Shown: positions 16,699 to 25,972 of the stretch, in pieces
Numbering within the stretch: position 1 is the stretch's first letter
Layout: every line of letters begins with the position of its first letter
From: an uncultured Thioalkalispiraceae bacterium
Lineage (GTDB): Bacteria; Pseudomonadota; Gammaproteobacteria; UBA6429; Thiohalophilaceae
Direction of reading: 5' to 3'
Length of the DNA: 57,147 nt
NCBI GenBank assembly: GCA_964516315.1
Contig: CAZEZI010000001.1
Coordinates: 1-57,147 of the forward strand
The notes under the pieces: generated by a model
The model's database searches: none
What the model was told of the DNA's origin: nothing
The model's input: the letters and a program-made list of their open reading frames with translations, nothing else
Made by a program: the position numbers and the translations under genes

Positions 16699-17761
16699 GG
16701 TCAGTCTCTCCGGTCAGGATTTCATGCCGGCGGTTACAGTACAGGCTGGACCAGGCATCCTCCATGGTGGGTTGTGGACTTAGCAGCGCAAATTGCACCG
16801 CATCCTCAACCACGTGCTCGACTTCCTGTCTGACACTTTCTACAGTTGGCTGGTCAAGGTGATCGATAGCTGATGGGTGGCCGACCAACTTGGCAACCAC
16901 ATCAGGGCCGGTCGCAGCAATCTCTGCCGGTGTTGGATAGCCAAACTCCACTTCGTTGACAACGGTTTTTACTGGGTCATATTCGACATGGGCATTTACT
17001 TCGGAGCGTGGCCGGTAACTGCCCGGATCCGCCATCGAATGGCCACGGAAACGGTAGGTTTCGAATTCCAGTAATTGCGGTCCGTTACCGGCACGGATCT
17101 GGGCGAGCGCATGCCGGGTTGCTTCATAGACGTTGATGACATCCATGCCATCGAGCTTTTCTGCCGGGATGTTGTAAGCACAGGCGCGTTTATAGATATC
17201 AACCACGGCAGAGTGACGATGAATCTCGGTACCGATCTGGTAGTGATTGTTCTCGCAGACAAACAGCACCGGTAGTTTCCATAGGGACGCCATATTGAGT
17301 GCTTCGTGGAAGGTGCCCTGGTTTACCGCGCCATCACCAAAAAAGCAGACAGCGACTTCAGGTAATCTTCGCAGCACAATGCTGTAGCCGATACCGGTGG
17401 CGATGGGAAAGGTCTCACCTACAATGGCATAGCCGCCCATAAAACGGTGTTCACGGTCGAACAGGTGCATTGAACCACCCATACCCTTACAGATACCGTC
17501 GCGTCGGCCAAATAGTTCGGCCATGACCTGATTGGGAGGTATGCCGCGCATCAGTGCATGCACATGTTCGCGGTAGGTGGTGACAAGGTAGTCGCCGGGC
17601 TCAGCGGCGTGGATAACGCCCACGGCAACGGCTTCCTCACCAGGGTATAGATGCAGGAAACCGGCAATATTGCGGTTGGTGTACTCCTGTGCAGCACGTT
17701 CCTCGAAGGCACGTGCCAGTAGCATGTCATATAAAAAACGGTGTAGTGTTTCCCTGTCCAT
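16691..17761 (-). CDS. 2-oxoacid dehydrogenase E1 component, alpha subunit (ThDP-binding)
   Basis: ThDP motif FFGDGAVNQG…ENN and YREH…GGSMH. ATG at 17761 (MDRETLHRF…) is preferred. It lies 1 nt after the upstream stop (TGA-T-ATG). Confidence 0.9.
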   Translation of the reverse strand: MDRETLHRFLYDMLLARAFEERAAQEYTNRNIAGFLHLYPGEEAVAVGVIHAAEPGDYLVTTYREHVHALMRGIPPNQVMAELFGRRDGICKGMGGSMHLFDREHRFMGGYAIVGETFPIATGIGYSIVLRRLPEVAVCFFGDGAVNQGTFHEALNMASLWKLPVLFVCENNHYQIGTEIHRHSAVVDIYKRACAYNIPAEKLDGMDVINVYEATRHALAQIRAGNGPQLLEFETYRFRGHSMADPGSYRPRSEVNAHVEYDPVKTVVNEVEFGYPTPAEIAATGPDVVAKLVGHPSAIDHLDQPTVESVRQEVEHVVEDAVQFALLSPQPTMEDAWSSLYCNRRHEILTGETDHD

Positions 17762-17762
17762 A

Positions 17763-18125
17763 TCAACTTTCTTCTGGCAGGAACTCGTCAAGCGCATTAA
17801 GCAGTGGTGTCATGTACATATAGGCCGGCCCACCGTGCATGATCACTGCCATAAAGCCGGCTTCCACAATTTCATCTCGGGTTGCATCACTCTTTACGGC
17901 CTGTTCAACGTGGAAGGCGATGCACCATTCACATTGTGCGGCCACGGCCAGGGCGATATTGATCAGTTCCTTTTTGTGAATGTCGAGTGCTTTGCCGGAC
18001 TCTGCTTTATTGAGAAAACCGAGAAAAGCATTGGTTTCGGTCGGGTAATTTTGGCGCAATGAGTTTGTCAGTACCATGATTTCGTCGAGTTTTTCCTGCA
18101 TTTTACCCATATGCCTTATCTCCAA
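17763..18125 (-). CDS. Carboxymuconolactone decarboxylase / AhpD-family protein
   Basis: AhpD-core pattern with CxxC (AAQCEWCIAFHVEQA), 120 aa. Confidence 0.75.
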   Translation of the reverse strand: MEIRHMGKMQEKLDEIMVLTNSLRQNYPTETNAFLGFLNKAESGKALDIHKKELINIALAVAAQCEWCIAFHVEQAVKSDATRDEIVEAGFMAVIMHGGPAYMYMTPLLNALDEFLPEES

Positions 18126-18192
18126 ATTAAAATTAAACGCGTGGCCAGTCGGTCTTCAAACCAGTATTAGATACTCCACTAATCGGTTGAGT

Positions 18193-18213
18193 CTGGATGC
18201 AACCTGGGTGACA
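18193..18213 (-). promoter_or_regulatory. Island cis-element copy A (gene-direction TGTCACCCAGGTTGCATCCAG)
   Basis: This 21-mer is identical to the one at 25274-25294. Its centre lies about 80 nt upstream of the ATG at 18125. Confidence 0.6.
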
Positions 18214-18327
18214 AAGGATGGGTTGATATAGCTGGATTTAACATCGACATACGTCGGTGTTTCTTTTATTCGCACAGGTGGCCACTCGTTCAAGACAGGC
18301 TCCGACCGTTTACCCTGTTGCCACCAG

Positions 18328-18648
18328 TTAATCGTGAATAATTAATCGGTGGTTACTAGAATCGACATCGATAACCATCCCCGCCATTTTCGCTGCTGAA
18401 CCGATATCATTCAGTGCAGGGATTGCATTCTGTTTTGCCAGTATTGACAGTGCGGTGTCTGGCGCACAACCGATCAGTAAGCTGGATTTTTCCTGATAAT
18501 CACAGACATCAGGATCCAGATCAAAATTAAAATTTTCCGGTATTAATAATATGACAGGCTCTTCATGCATAATCTGTGCTTTGATTCTGGACAGGGTGGC
18601 CTTGTCATCATTCCAGTCAATTTTGGGCATATTGCTATAGTCACGCAT
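18328..18648 (-). CDS. Hypothetical protein (106 aa)
   Basis: ORF co-directional with and 59 nt downstream of the aldolase gene. It is visibly more AT-rich than its neighbours. No motif recognised. Confidence 0.45.
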   Translation of the reverse strand: MRDYSNMPKIDWNDDKATLSRIKAQIMHEEPVILLIPENFNFDLDPDVCDYQEKSSLLIGCAPDTALSILAKQNAIPALNDIGSAAKMAGMVIDVDSSNHRLIIHD

Positions 18649-18707
18649 AGTATTCTCCGTCTCTGTTTAGTATGTGGTAACAATTCAAGGTTAATATATT
18701 ATTTGCA

Positions 18708-19769
18708 TCAATCATTAGATGCCTCCATGTCGGGGGTGTACTGACCGAGTTGGGCGAGGCTGTTCAATCTGGCACGTTTTAGCAGTGCCTGTTGTGCGGC
18801 AGTTATATTTTCTTTTTTCCCCATCCATGCATGCAGTGCGTTTTGTTGTAGCGCGCGCCCATAGGAAATACTTAATTGCCAGGGGGTGTGCTGACCCTGC
18901 TGATTGATGGCATTTAGATTGACGGTAGCTTCTTCAGGTTCCTGGCCGCCGGAAAGAAAATTGATGCTTGGCACTGCTGCCGGTACGGTATGGCGTAGTA
19001 CCTTCAGGGTGGCGGCGGCCACTTCACTCGATTCGGCATGCCGGCAGTCCTTGCCTGGCAGGATCATATTGGGTTTGAGGATCATTAGTTCCAGTGTGAC
19101 ATGGTGGCGGTGCAAGGCATGGAATACCGCATGTTGAACTGCCTCTGTGACCTCGGCATGGCGCTCGATGTCATGATCACCATCCATTAACACCTCTGGT
19201 TCCACAATCGGCACCAGGCCTTCTTCCTGACAAACAGCGGCATAGCGGGCCAGCATTTCGGCGTTGGCCTCTATGCCGTGTTGGCTGGGTAGATGTTTGT
19301 CAATGGCATAGACTTCACGCCATTTGGCGAAGCGTGCACCTTGTTGTTTATAGCCGCGTAGACGCTCAGCCAGGCCGTCCAGCCCCTGGGTGATCAGGTC
19401 GCCGGGCGATAAGGCCAGCGGGATCTTGCCCTTGTCGACCTTGATGCCGGGTACAATGTTCTGTGCCCAGGCCGCCTCTGGAATGGCTTTGCCCTCATCG
19501 GTTTTTTGCTCCAAGGTTTCCTCAAACAAAATAATACCACTGATGTACTGGCCGAGCCCCTTCGTGGTTACCAGCAGACTGCGCCATGCACGCCGGTTCT
19601 CTTTGGTGGATTCAGTATTGATAGCCCTGAAACGTTTGGCAATGGTCGGTGAGCTTTCGTCAGCGGCCAGTATGCCGTGCTCCTTTTGCACCATGTCAGC
19701 GATGGTGGTTTCAAGGTCTGTTATGTATTGCATTGTCTTTCTCATGATTGTGGATGTCCTGATACTCAT
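18708..19769 (-). CDS. fba: Class I fructose-bisphosphate aldolase
   Basis: GILAADESSPTIAKRF signature plus full-length class I pattern. The ATG at 19769 overlaps the lpd stop (ATGA). Internal ATGs at 19745 and 19733 are alternative starts. Confidence 0.9.
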   Translation of the reverse strand: MSIRTSTIMRKTMQYITDLETTIADMVQKEHGILAADESSPTIAKRFRAINTESTKENRRAWRSLLVTTKGLGQYISGIILFEETLEQKTDEGKAIPEAAWAQNIVPGIKVDKGKIPLALSPGDLITQGLDGLAERLRGYKQQGARFAKWREVYAIDKHLPSQHGIEANAEMLARYAAVCQEEGLVPIVEPEVLMDGDHDIERHAEVTEAVQHAVFHALHRHHVTLELMILKPNMILPGKDCRHAESSEVAAATLKVLRHTVPAAVPSINFLSGGQEPEEATVNLNAINQQGQHTPWQLSISYGRALQQNALHAWMGKKENITAAQQALLKRARLNSLAQLGQYTPDMEASND

Positions 19770-21178
19770 GTATTTGATTGATGTTTTGCCATGGTTGCCC
19801 GTACTGCCTGCACAAAAGATTCTGACAGAGTTGGGTGTGGGTGTATGGCGCCGGCAATAGCCTCCAGCGGCAGCCCCGATTTGATGAGTACGGCGGCTTC
19901 GCCCATAAGATCACTAGCACCTTCTACCAGGGCATGCATGCCAAGCACCTTGTGATTTGATTTATCAAAGATAATTTTTAGTGCCCCGGTATTTCGACCG
20001 GCAATCTGGGCGCGGGCATCCTGGTGGAAATCATAACGGGCAGTGCCGACATCGATACTGGCCTCTTGTGCCTGTGTTTCGGTCAGGCCTGCCATAGCCA
20101 GCTCCGGTTCACTAAAAATAACAGCCGTATTGGTGGATGGATCGGGAAACGAAACCGACTGACCAAGTAAATGGCGAGCCAGCATCAGGCCCTGAGCAGT
20201 TGCCCAATGAGCAAACATCGGTTGGCCGATAACATCGCCGGCGGCATATATACCGGCTGCAGTGGTTTGCAGTTTGGCGTCTACCTGGATGCCATACTTG
20301 TCATGCATAACCGTTGTATTTTCTAGCCCCAGGCCCTTGATATTGGGTCGGCGACCAGCCGCCACCAGTACAGTATCGGTAAAGCGGTGCTGTTTTTTCC
20401 CGCTGGTCGGGAGGTATTCTACATAGACGCTCTGACCCGAGTGGGTGATACTGTTCACTTGGCAGCTGGTGTGGATCTCGATGCCGTCCGCCTGCATGCG
20501 CTGTCGCAGCTGTCCGGCTAGCTCTTCGTCCACGTGTTTCAGGAGACGCGGCGCGGCCTCAAGTACCATGACCCGACTGCCAAAGGTTTGAAATACCTGC
20601 CCTAATTCTACCCCGATGGGGCCGCCACCGATGATGATCAGGTCTTTCGGTATGTGGTCGATAGCAAGGATTGCCCCACTGTCCAGTACCCGTGGATGAT
20701 CGATACCCCTGATGGGCGGACGGAAGGGCACCGAGCCGGTGGCGATCACCGCCTGTTCGAAATGGATGCGCTGGACGTTTCCCTCGGCCGTGTTGATCTC
20801 GGCTTCACGGGAATGAAGAAACTGCGCCATTCCCTGTACGTAGTCCAGTGTGGCGAGATCTTGCACTCGTGCCAGAGCCGCGTTGCTGCGGCGCTGGAGT
20901 ATGACACGCTTTCGTTCCTGGATGGCATACCAATCGACGCGAGCATCCTGGGTCGGCAAGCAAAGCCCGAAATCTGCGGCCTCGCGTAATTCGCGCAAGC
21001 GGCGCGCAGATTCGCGCAGGATCTTCGATGGGATACAACCTTCAAACAGACAGGTACCGCCAAGGCCAGCGCCAGATTCAACCAGCAATACCTGTTTACC
21101 TGCACTGGCTAATGCCATGGCAGTGGGTGTGCCGCCTGGTCCACCACCAATAATTAGAAAATCATAATGAGTTTTCAT
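19766..21178 (-). CDS. lpd: Dihydrolipoyl dehydrogenase-family flavoprotein disulfide reductase
   Basis: FAD motif IIGGGPGG, redox centre GGTCLFEGCIPSK, NAD motif IIGGGPIGVE, and C-terminal HPHPTLSE His-Glu pair. Confidence 0.85.
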   Translation of the reverse strand: MKTHYDFLIIGGGPGGTPTAMALASAGKQVLLVESGAGLGGTCLFEGCIPSKILRESARRLRELREAADFGLCLPTQDARVDWYAIQERKRVILQRRSNAALARVQDLATLDYVQGMAQFLHSREAEINTAEGNVQRIHFEQAVIATGSVPFRPPIRGIDHPRVLDSGAILAIDHIPKDLIIIGGGPIGVELGQVFQTFGSRVMVLEAAPRLLKHVDEELAGQLRQRMQADGIEIHTSCQVNSITHSGQSVYVEYLPTSGKKQHRFTDTVLVAAGRRPNIKGLGLENTTVMHDKYGIQVDAKLQTTAAGIYAAGDVIGQPMFAHWATAQGLMLARHLLGQSVSFPDPSTNTAVIFSEPELAMAGLTETQAQEASIDVGTARYDFHQDARAQIAGRNTGALKIIFDKSNHKVLGMHALVEGASDLMGEAAVLIKSGLPLEAIAGAIHPHPTLSESFVQAVRATMAKHQSNT

Positions 21179-21225
21179 GTCAGTTGTTCCTTGTCGATAT
21201 TTGTATTTTACATACTATTTTTCCA

Positions 21226-23610
21226 CTATTGCCCCCAGCTCCAGTCACGAATTTCCGGCATGTCTTCACCGTGCTCGGTGATGTACTGTTTGTGTTCAGT
21301 CAGCTTGTCGAGCATCTGCTGTTTCAGGTACGTGCTTCTGGAGCCTACTCCGTCTAGACGATCGATGACATCGCAGACCAGATGAAAACGATCCAGTTCA
21401 TTGAGTACGGTCATATCAAAGGGGGTGGTGGTGGTGCCTTCTTCCTTATAGCCACGCACATGCAGACCGTGGTGATTATGGCGGCGATAGGTCAGACGAT
21501 GAATCAGCCAGGGGTATCCGTGGAAAGCGAAAACAATCGGTTTACTGGTGGTAAACAGGGTATCGAAGTCCCGGTCACTCAAGCCGTTCGGGTGCTCCTC
21601 TTTGGGTTGCAGCGTCATCAGGTCGACGACATTAATCACGCGGATCTTTAATACTGGTAAGTGTTCACGCAGGATTTTGACGGCGGCCAGAGTTTCGATT
21701 GTTGGTACGTCGCCCGCGCAAGCCATAATGACATCTGGCTCATCGTCCTGATCGTTACTGGCCCATCCCCAGACACCAATTCCTTCATGACAGTGCTTGA
21801 TGGCGGCTTCAATATTCAGCCATTGCGGTTCAGGTTGCTTACCGGCGACGATTACGTTCACCCTGTTGCGACTGTTCAGGCAGCGTTCGGTGATGCAGAG
21901 GGTGGTATTGGCGTCAGGCGGCAGATAAACCCGCACAATACCCGCTTTTTTGTTGACAACATGATCAATGAAACCGGGATCCTGATGTGAAAAGCCGTTG
22001 TGATCCTGGCGCCAGACATGTGAGGTGAGCAAAATATTCAACGAGGCAATCGGGCGTCGCCAGGGTATTTCCTTGCTTACCTTAAGCCATTTGGCATGTT
22101 GGTTAAACATGGAATCGACGATATGGATGAAGGCCTCGTAACAGGAAAACCAGCCGTGCCGGCCGGTCAGCAGGTAGCCTTCCAGCCAGCCCTGGCAGGT
22201 GTGTTCTGAGAGGATCTCCATCACCCGACCGTCTGGAGCCAGATGGTCGTCATACGCATAGGTTTCAGCTTCCCAGGCTCTATTGGTGACTTCGAGCAAA
22301 GCTCCCAGCCGGTTGGAAACAGTTTCGTCCGGTCCCATCACGCGGAAGTTATGCTGCTCACTGTTCAGGGTCATGACATCGCGCAGGTATTTGCCCATGC
22401 TGCGTGTAGCCTCGCCAATGGCACCGCCGGGTGTGGCTAAATCAACAGCATAGTCACGGAAGTCTGGCAGTTTCAAATCGCGCAGTAGTAGTCCGCCGTT
22501 GGCGTGCGGGTTGCTGCCCATGCGTTGTGCACCCTCTGGCGCAAGTCTGGCCACCTCCGGCAGCAGTTGCCCCTTATTGGTGAACAAGGTGTCGGGCTGA
22601 TAGCTTTTCATCCATTGTTCCAGTACATGGATGTGCTCCGGTTTTTCCGCTAGTTGGGCAAATGGTACCTGATGGGCACGCCAGTAGTCTTCGAGTTTCA
22701 GGCCATCAAGTTCCTTCGGGCAGGTCCAGCCTTTAGGGGTGCGCAGGATGATCATCGGCCAGCGTGGACGATCGGTCTTGCCGGCATGACGTGCAGCTTC
22801 CTGAATTTCCTGAATATCATCTATAGCCTGATCCAGCGTTGCTGCCATGGCCTGATGAACAACAACCGGCTCCGATCCTTCAATCAGATACGGGCTATAG
22901 CCATAGCCCTTAAACAGGGCAACCAGTTCGTCACGACTGATGCGCGCCAGCACGGTCGGGTTGGCGATCTTGTAGCCATTGAGGTGCAGAATGGGCAGCA
23001 CAGCACCATCACGTTGTGGATCAAGAAACTTGTTGGAGTGCCATGCGGTAGCGGCGGGGCCGGTTTCTGCTTCACCATCACCGACCACGCAGGTGACGAT
23101 AAGATCCGGGTTATCGAAGGCGGCACCGTAAGCATGGCTGAGCGAGTAGCCCAGTTCTCCCCCTTCATGGATGGAGCCTGGGGTTTCCGGTGCAGTGTGG
23201 CTGGGAATACCACCGGGGAAGGAAAACTGGCGAAACAGTTTTCGCATGCCCTCTGCATCCCGGCTGATATTGGGATACAGGTCAGTGTAGCTGCCTTCAA
23301 GCCAGGTGTTGGCGACGATACCGGGTGCTCCATGGCCGGGGCCGGTGACATAAATCATGTTCAGGTTCTGTGCCTGGATAACCCGGTTGAGATGGGCGTA
23401 GATCAGGTTCAATCCCGGTGTTGTACCCCAGTGGCCTAGCAGCCGTGGTTTGATATGTTCGAGCGCCAGCGGTTGTTGCAGCAAAGGGTTATCGAGCAGA
23501 TAGATCTGACCAATAGACAGATAGTTTGCGGCCCGCCACCAGGCGTCAATGCCTTGTAGTTCGCTATCGGACAGCGGCGTTTCGGTAATGGTGGTGTGTG
23601 ATGCAATCAT
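21226..23610 (-). CDS. xfp: Phosphoketolase (xylulose-5-P/fructose-6-P)
   Basis: [18 protein letters not shown]…, [16 protein letters not shown] and other family signatures over about 790 aa. The ATG at 23610 overlaps the ackA stop (ATGA). The 57-codon upstream extension of the ORF lies inside ackA. Confidence 0.93.
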   Translation of the reverse strand: MIASHTTITETPLSDSELQGIDAWWRAANYLSIGQIYLLDNPLLQQPLALEHIKPRLLGHWGTTPGLNLIYAHLNRVIQAQNLNMIYVTGPGHGAPGIVANTWLEGSYTDLYPNISRDAEGMRKLFRQFSFPGGIPSHTAPETPGSIHEGGELGYSLSHAYGAAFDNPDLIVTCVVGDGEAETGPAATAWHSNKFLDPQRDGAVLPILHLNGYKIANPTVLARISRDELVALFKGYGYSPYLIEGSEPVVVHQAMAATLDQAIDDIQEIQEAARHAGKTDRPRWPMIILRTPKGWTCPKELDGLKLEDYWRAHQVPFAQLAEKPEHIHVLEQWMKSYQPDTLFTNKGQLLPEVARLAPEGAQRMGSNPHANGGLLLRDLKLPDFRDYAVDLATPGGAIGEATRSMGKYLRDVMTLNSEQHNFRVMGPDETVSNRLGALLEVTNRAWEAETYAYDDHLAPDGRVMEILSEHTCQGWLEGYLLTGRHGWFSCYEAFIHIVDSMFNQHAKWLKVSKEIPWRRPIASLNILLTSHVWRQDHNGFSHQDPGFIDHVVNKKAGIVRVYLPPDANTTLCITERCLNSRNRVNVIVAGKQPEPQWLNIEAAIKHCHEGIGVWGWASNDQDDEPDVIMACAGDVPTIETLAAVKILREHLPVLKIRVINVVDLMTLQPKEEHPNGLSDRDFDTLFTTSKPIVFAFHGYPWLIHRLTYRRHNHHGLHVRGYKEEGTTTTPFDMTVLNELDRFHLVCDVIDRLDGVGSRSTYLKQQMLDKLTEHKQYITEHGEDMPEIRDWSWGQ

Positions 23611-24812
23611 GACGTATTCCTTTGGTTGTGGCGTTCGAGTACACGCACAGTATGCCGGGCAATCATCGATTCCTCGTCGGTGGCGATCACCCAGGCCTGC
23701 ACCGGACTGTCTGGCCGGCTGATGCAGATCTGGCCCAGCTGGTTGGCCGCACTGTCCAGATACAGGCCGAGCCATTGACAACGTTTGACTATGGCGGCGC
23801 GGATTGGGGCAGCGTGTTCACCAATACCGGCAGTAAAAACCAGTGCATCGACACCACCCAGTGCGGCGGCCAGTGAACCGATGGCGCGCACCGTGTGATG
23901 GACAAACTGTTCAATGGCTCGTTGCGCCTGTATAGAAGAACTGGCAAGCAATTCGGCCATGTCATCCGTCTCGCCGGAGACACCCAGCAGGCCGGACTGG
24001 AAATACAGCAGATCGGAAATCTCGTCTGCCGTCATGCCCTGATCCTGCAGGTACAACACCACTGCCGGGTCGATGCTGCCACAGCGCGTGCCCATGGGAA
24101 TGCCATCCAGTGGCGTGAAGGTCATACTGGTGGCGACACTTTGGCGCTGGCTCATGGCACATAGGCTGGCACCGTGACCAAGGTGGGCAATGATGACTTT
24201 GCCATTGGCTAACTCTGCCAGGTGATCTGGCAGGACACTGGCAATGTATTCATAGGAAAGACCGTGAAAGCCGTAGCGACGAACATTATCCAGTTTCGGG
24301 TGTGAAGGTAGCGCAAAGTATTGTTCCACTGTCGGACGGTCGTGATGAAATGCCGTATCGAAACAAGCAACCTGGAGCAAGCGGGGTTGAATATCTTGAA
24401 ACGTTGTGATGCTCAGTAGACAAGCAGGTTGGTGATTCGGTGCCAGCGGGATCAGGGTTTTTAAGTAGGCGAGAGTATCATTGGTTACACGGACTGGCGT
24501 ATGGAAACGGCGTCCACCATGCACGACACGATGCCCCACGCAGGCCAGTTGTAATAATGGTATTTCTTTTGACAGCCACTCCAGCAGAATTTGCAAGGCG
24601 TGTTCGTGGCCGGAGATGGCCATATCCCGGGTATAAAACAGATCGTCACGGGCATTGTGAACATAAAACTGACCAGTGCTGCCGAACGAGGTGAACTCAC
24701 CCCGATACAAGCGTTGCGGTGTATCGGGCTCGTGGATGGTAAACAACGCAAACTTGAGGCTGGATGAACCACTGTTAATTGTTAGCAGGGATTGGGTCTG
24801 GTCGGAGTCCAT
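23607..24812 (-). CDS. ackA: Acetate kinase
   Basis: [14 protein letters not shown]-terminal signature, GHRVVHGG, and GFHGLS, over 401 aa. Confidence 0.93.
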   Translation of the reverse strand: MDSDQTQSLLTINSGSSSLKFALFTIHEPDTPQRLYRGEFTSFGSTGQFYVHNARDDLFYTRDMAISGHEHALQILLEWLSKEIPLLQLACVGHRVVHGGRRFHTPVRVTNDTLAYLKTLIPLAPNHQPACLLSITTFQDIQPRLLQVACFDTAFHHDRPTVEQYFALPSHPKLDNVRRYGFHGLSYEYIASVLPDHLAELANGKVIIAHLGHGASLCAMSQRQSVATSMTFTPLDGIPMGTRCGSIDPAVVLYLQDQGMTADEISDLLYFQSGLLGVSGETDDMAELLASSSIQAQRAIEQFVHHTVRAIGSLAAALGGVDALVFTAGIGEHAAPIRAAIVKRCQWLGLYLDSAANQLGQICISRPDSPVQAWVIATDEESMIARHTVRVLERHNQRNTS

Positions 24813-24818
24813 GATGCA

Positions 24819-25223
24819 TCACATTCCAAAATAGGGGTGCACGGGATCGGTTTGCAGCCAGAACACGGTATCAAACAGGGACCACTGCAGAAAAATAAAA
24901 GCGACTATGGCTAGTAAAGCCATGATTACTGCGGCCAGCAGGGCATCGCCAAAGCTGTCAACGTCAAAGCCTGGAACCATAGCAGCGGTAATCTTTACCA
25001 TAAGCGCATTGATCAACAGCGCGAATAAACCAAACGTTAACACGGTCATTGGTAGTGTCAGCACCCATAACAGGGGGCGGATGAAGGCGTTAATGGTGCC
25101 CAGCACCAGGGCGGCCAGCAGTAAACCACCGGTGGATCGTGCTCGCACGCCTGGCACCAGAATAGTGACCAGCCACAACCCAGTCGCAGTGACCAACCAG
25201 ATAGCCAGCAATCCAATCAACAT
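24819..25223 (-). CDS. Phage-holin-family-4 / DUF360-type small membrane protein
   Basis: Four predicted TM helices, with NAFIRPLLWVLTLPMTVLTFGLFALLINAL typical of the YvlD/DUF360 family. It ends 6 nt upstream of ackA. Confidence 0.6.
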   Translation of the reverse strand: MLIGLLAIWLVTATGLWLVTILVPGVRARSTGGLLLAALVLGTINAFIRPLLWVLTLPMTVLTFGLFALLINALMVKITAAMVPGFDVDSFGDALLAAVIMALLAIVAFIFLQWSLFDTVFWLQTDPVHPYFGM

Positions 25224-25273
25224 GAGGAAACCTTTTGATTAACAGACCTGAAGTATGCGCAGATAAGGTGGTG

Positions 25274-25294
25274 CTGGATGCAACCTGGGTGACA
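25274..25294 (-). promoter_or_regulatory. Island cis-element copy B (identical 21-mer to copy A)
   Basis: The centre lies about 63 nt upstream of the ATG at 25223 and about 80 nt from the divergent ATG at 25367. Confidence 0.6.
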
Positions 25295-25366
25295 GTGATT
25301 TAACTTTGGTTTTGATGTACTACATTACATTAAGAAAATGAATTTCTCATAGAGATATAACAGGAG

Positions 25367-25753
25367 ATGATGATGACAATACAATTTAGCTGTATCGAAA
25401 TCGAGGAAAACAGTTGGGATAATATTTTGTTCGTACGTTTGTCTGGTAAGTTGACCAAAGAGGATTACGAACAATTCGTGCCTGAAATTGAACGTATGAT
25501 GAAGGCACATGACAAGGTTTATATCCTGGTGGAACTGGAGAATTTCCATGGCTGGACAGTTGCTGCAGCCTGGGAGGATACCAAATTTGGGATACGCCAT
25601 TTCAATGACATTGAACGCATCGCAATCGTTGGAGACGCGGCCTGGGAAAAAGGCATAGCGTTGCTGCTCAAACCCTTTACGAAAGCAAAAGTGAAGTATT
25701 TTGATAGCAGTCAAATGGTTGCTGCCAAAACGTGGATTATGGAAAGCCAGTAA
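25367..25753 (+). CDS. STAS/SEC14-like (SpoIIAA-like, DUF3478) protein
   Basis: The pattern …ILFVRLSGKLTKEDYEQFVPEIE…VYILVELENFHGWT…DIERIAIVGD… is typical of this family. Confidence 0.6.
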   Translation: MMMTIQFSCIEIEENSWDNILFVRLSGKLTKEDYEQFVPEIERMMKAHDKVYILVELENFHGWTVAAAWEDTKFGIRHFNDIERIAIVGDAAWEKGIALLLKPFTKAKVKYFDSSQMVAAKTWIMESQ

Positions 25754-25972
25754 AATATGCGGGTATCCAGCATATCGTTTAATAGCAAACCTATGGCTAT
25801 TATAGCGGCAATTTCTATGGGGAATGTAGATATCTGTGAACCCCCAGCTGGCCTTCAATAGCAGTGAGTATATTGCTGAAATTCGTGTGTAGGTGGAGGA
25901 TCGTGTTGACCTTGGCCGGTTAGCTGTTTCGGCATTGTATGTATTAATTTCAGCCAGGGGATGTTAACGGGG

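Noticed and set aside
22654-23439. A 261-aa plus-strand ORF, and many other long ORFs antisense to annotated genes in the GC-richer block (for example 34851-35576, 34218-34838, 44126-44755, 48325-48810, 48910-49434, 16121-16585, 19390-19860)
   Set aside because: They are shadow ORFs typical of GC-rich coding DNA. The translated sequences are Arg/Ser/Cys/Gly-rich with no family signatures, and each is fully contained in a confidently identified gene on the other strand.
23611-23781. A 57-codon N-terminal extension of the phosphoketolase ORF ([10 protein letters not shown]…)
   Set aside because: It lies entirely inside the ackA coding region in another frame. Family similarity begins only after the internal ATG at 23610, which forms an ATGA overlap with the ackA stop.
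25325-25858. A 177-aa minus-strand ORF overlapping the STAS-like gene
   Set aside because: The plus-strand product shows a coherent STAS/DUF3478 pattern. The minus-strand translation is low-complexity and has no upstream RBS that I can see.
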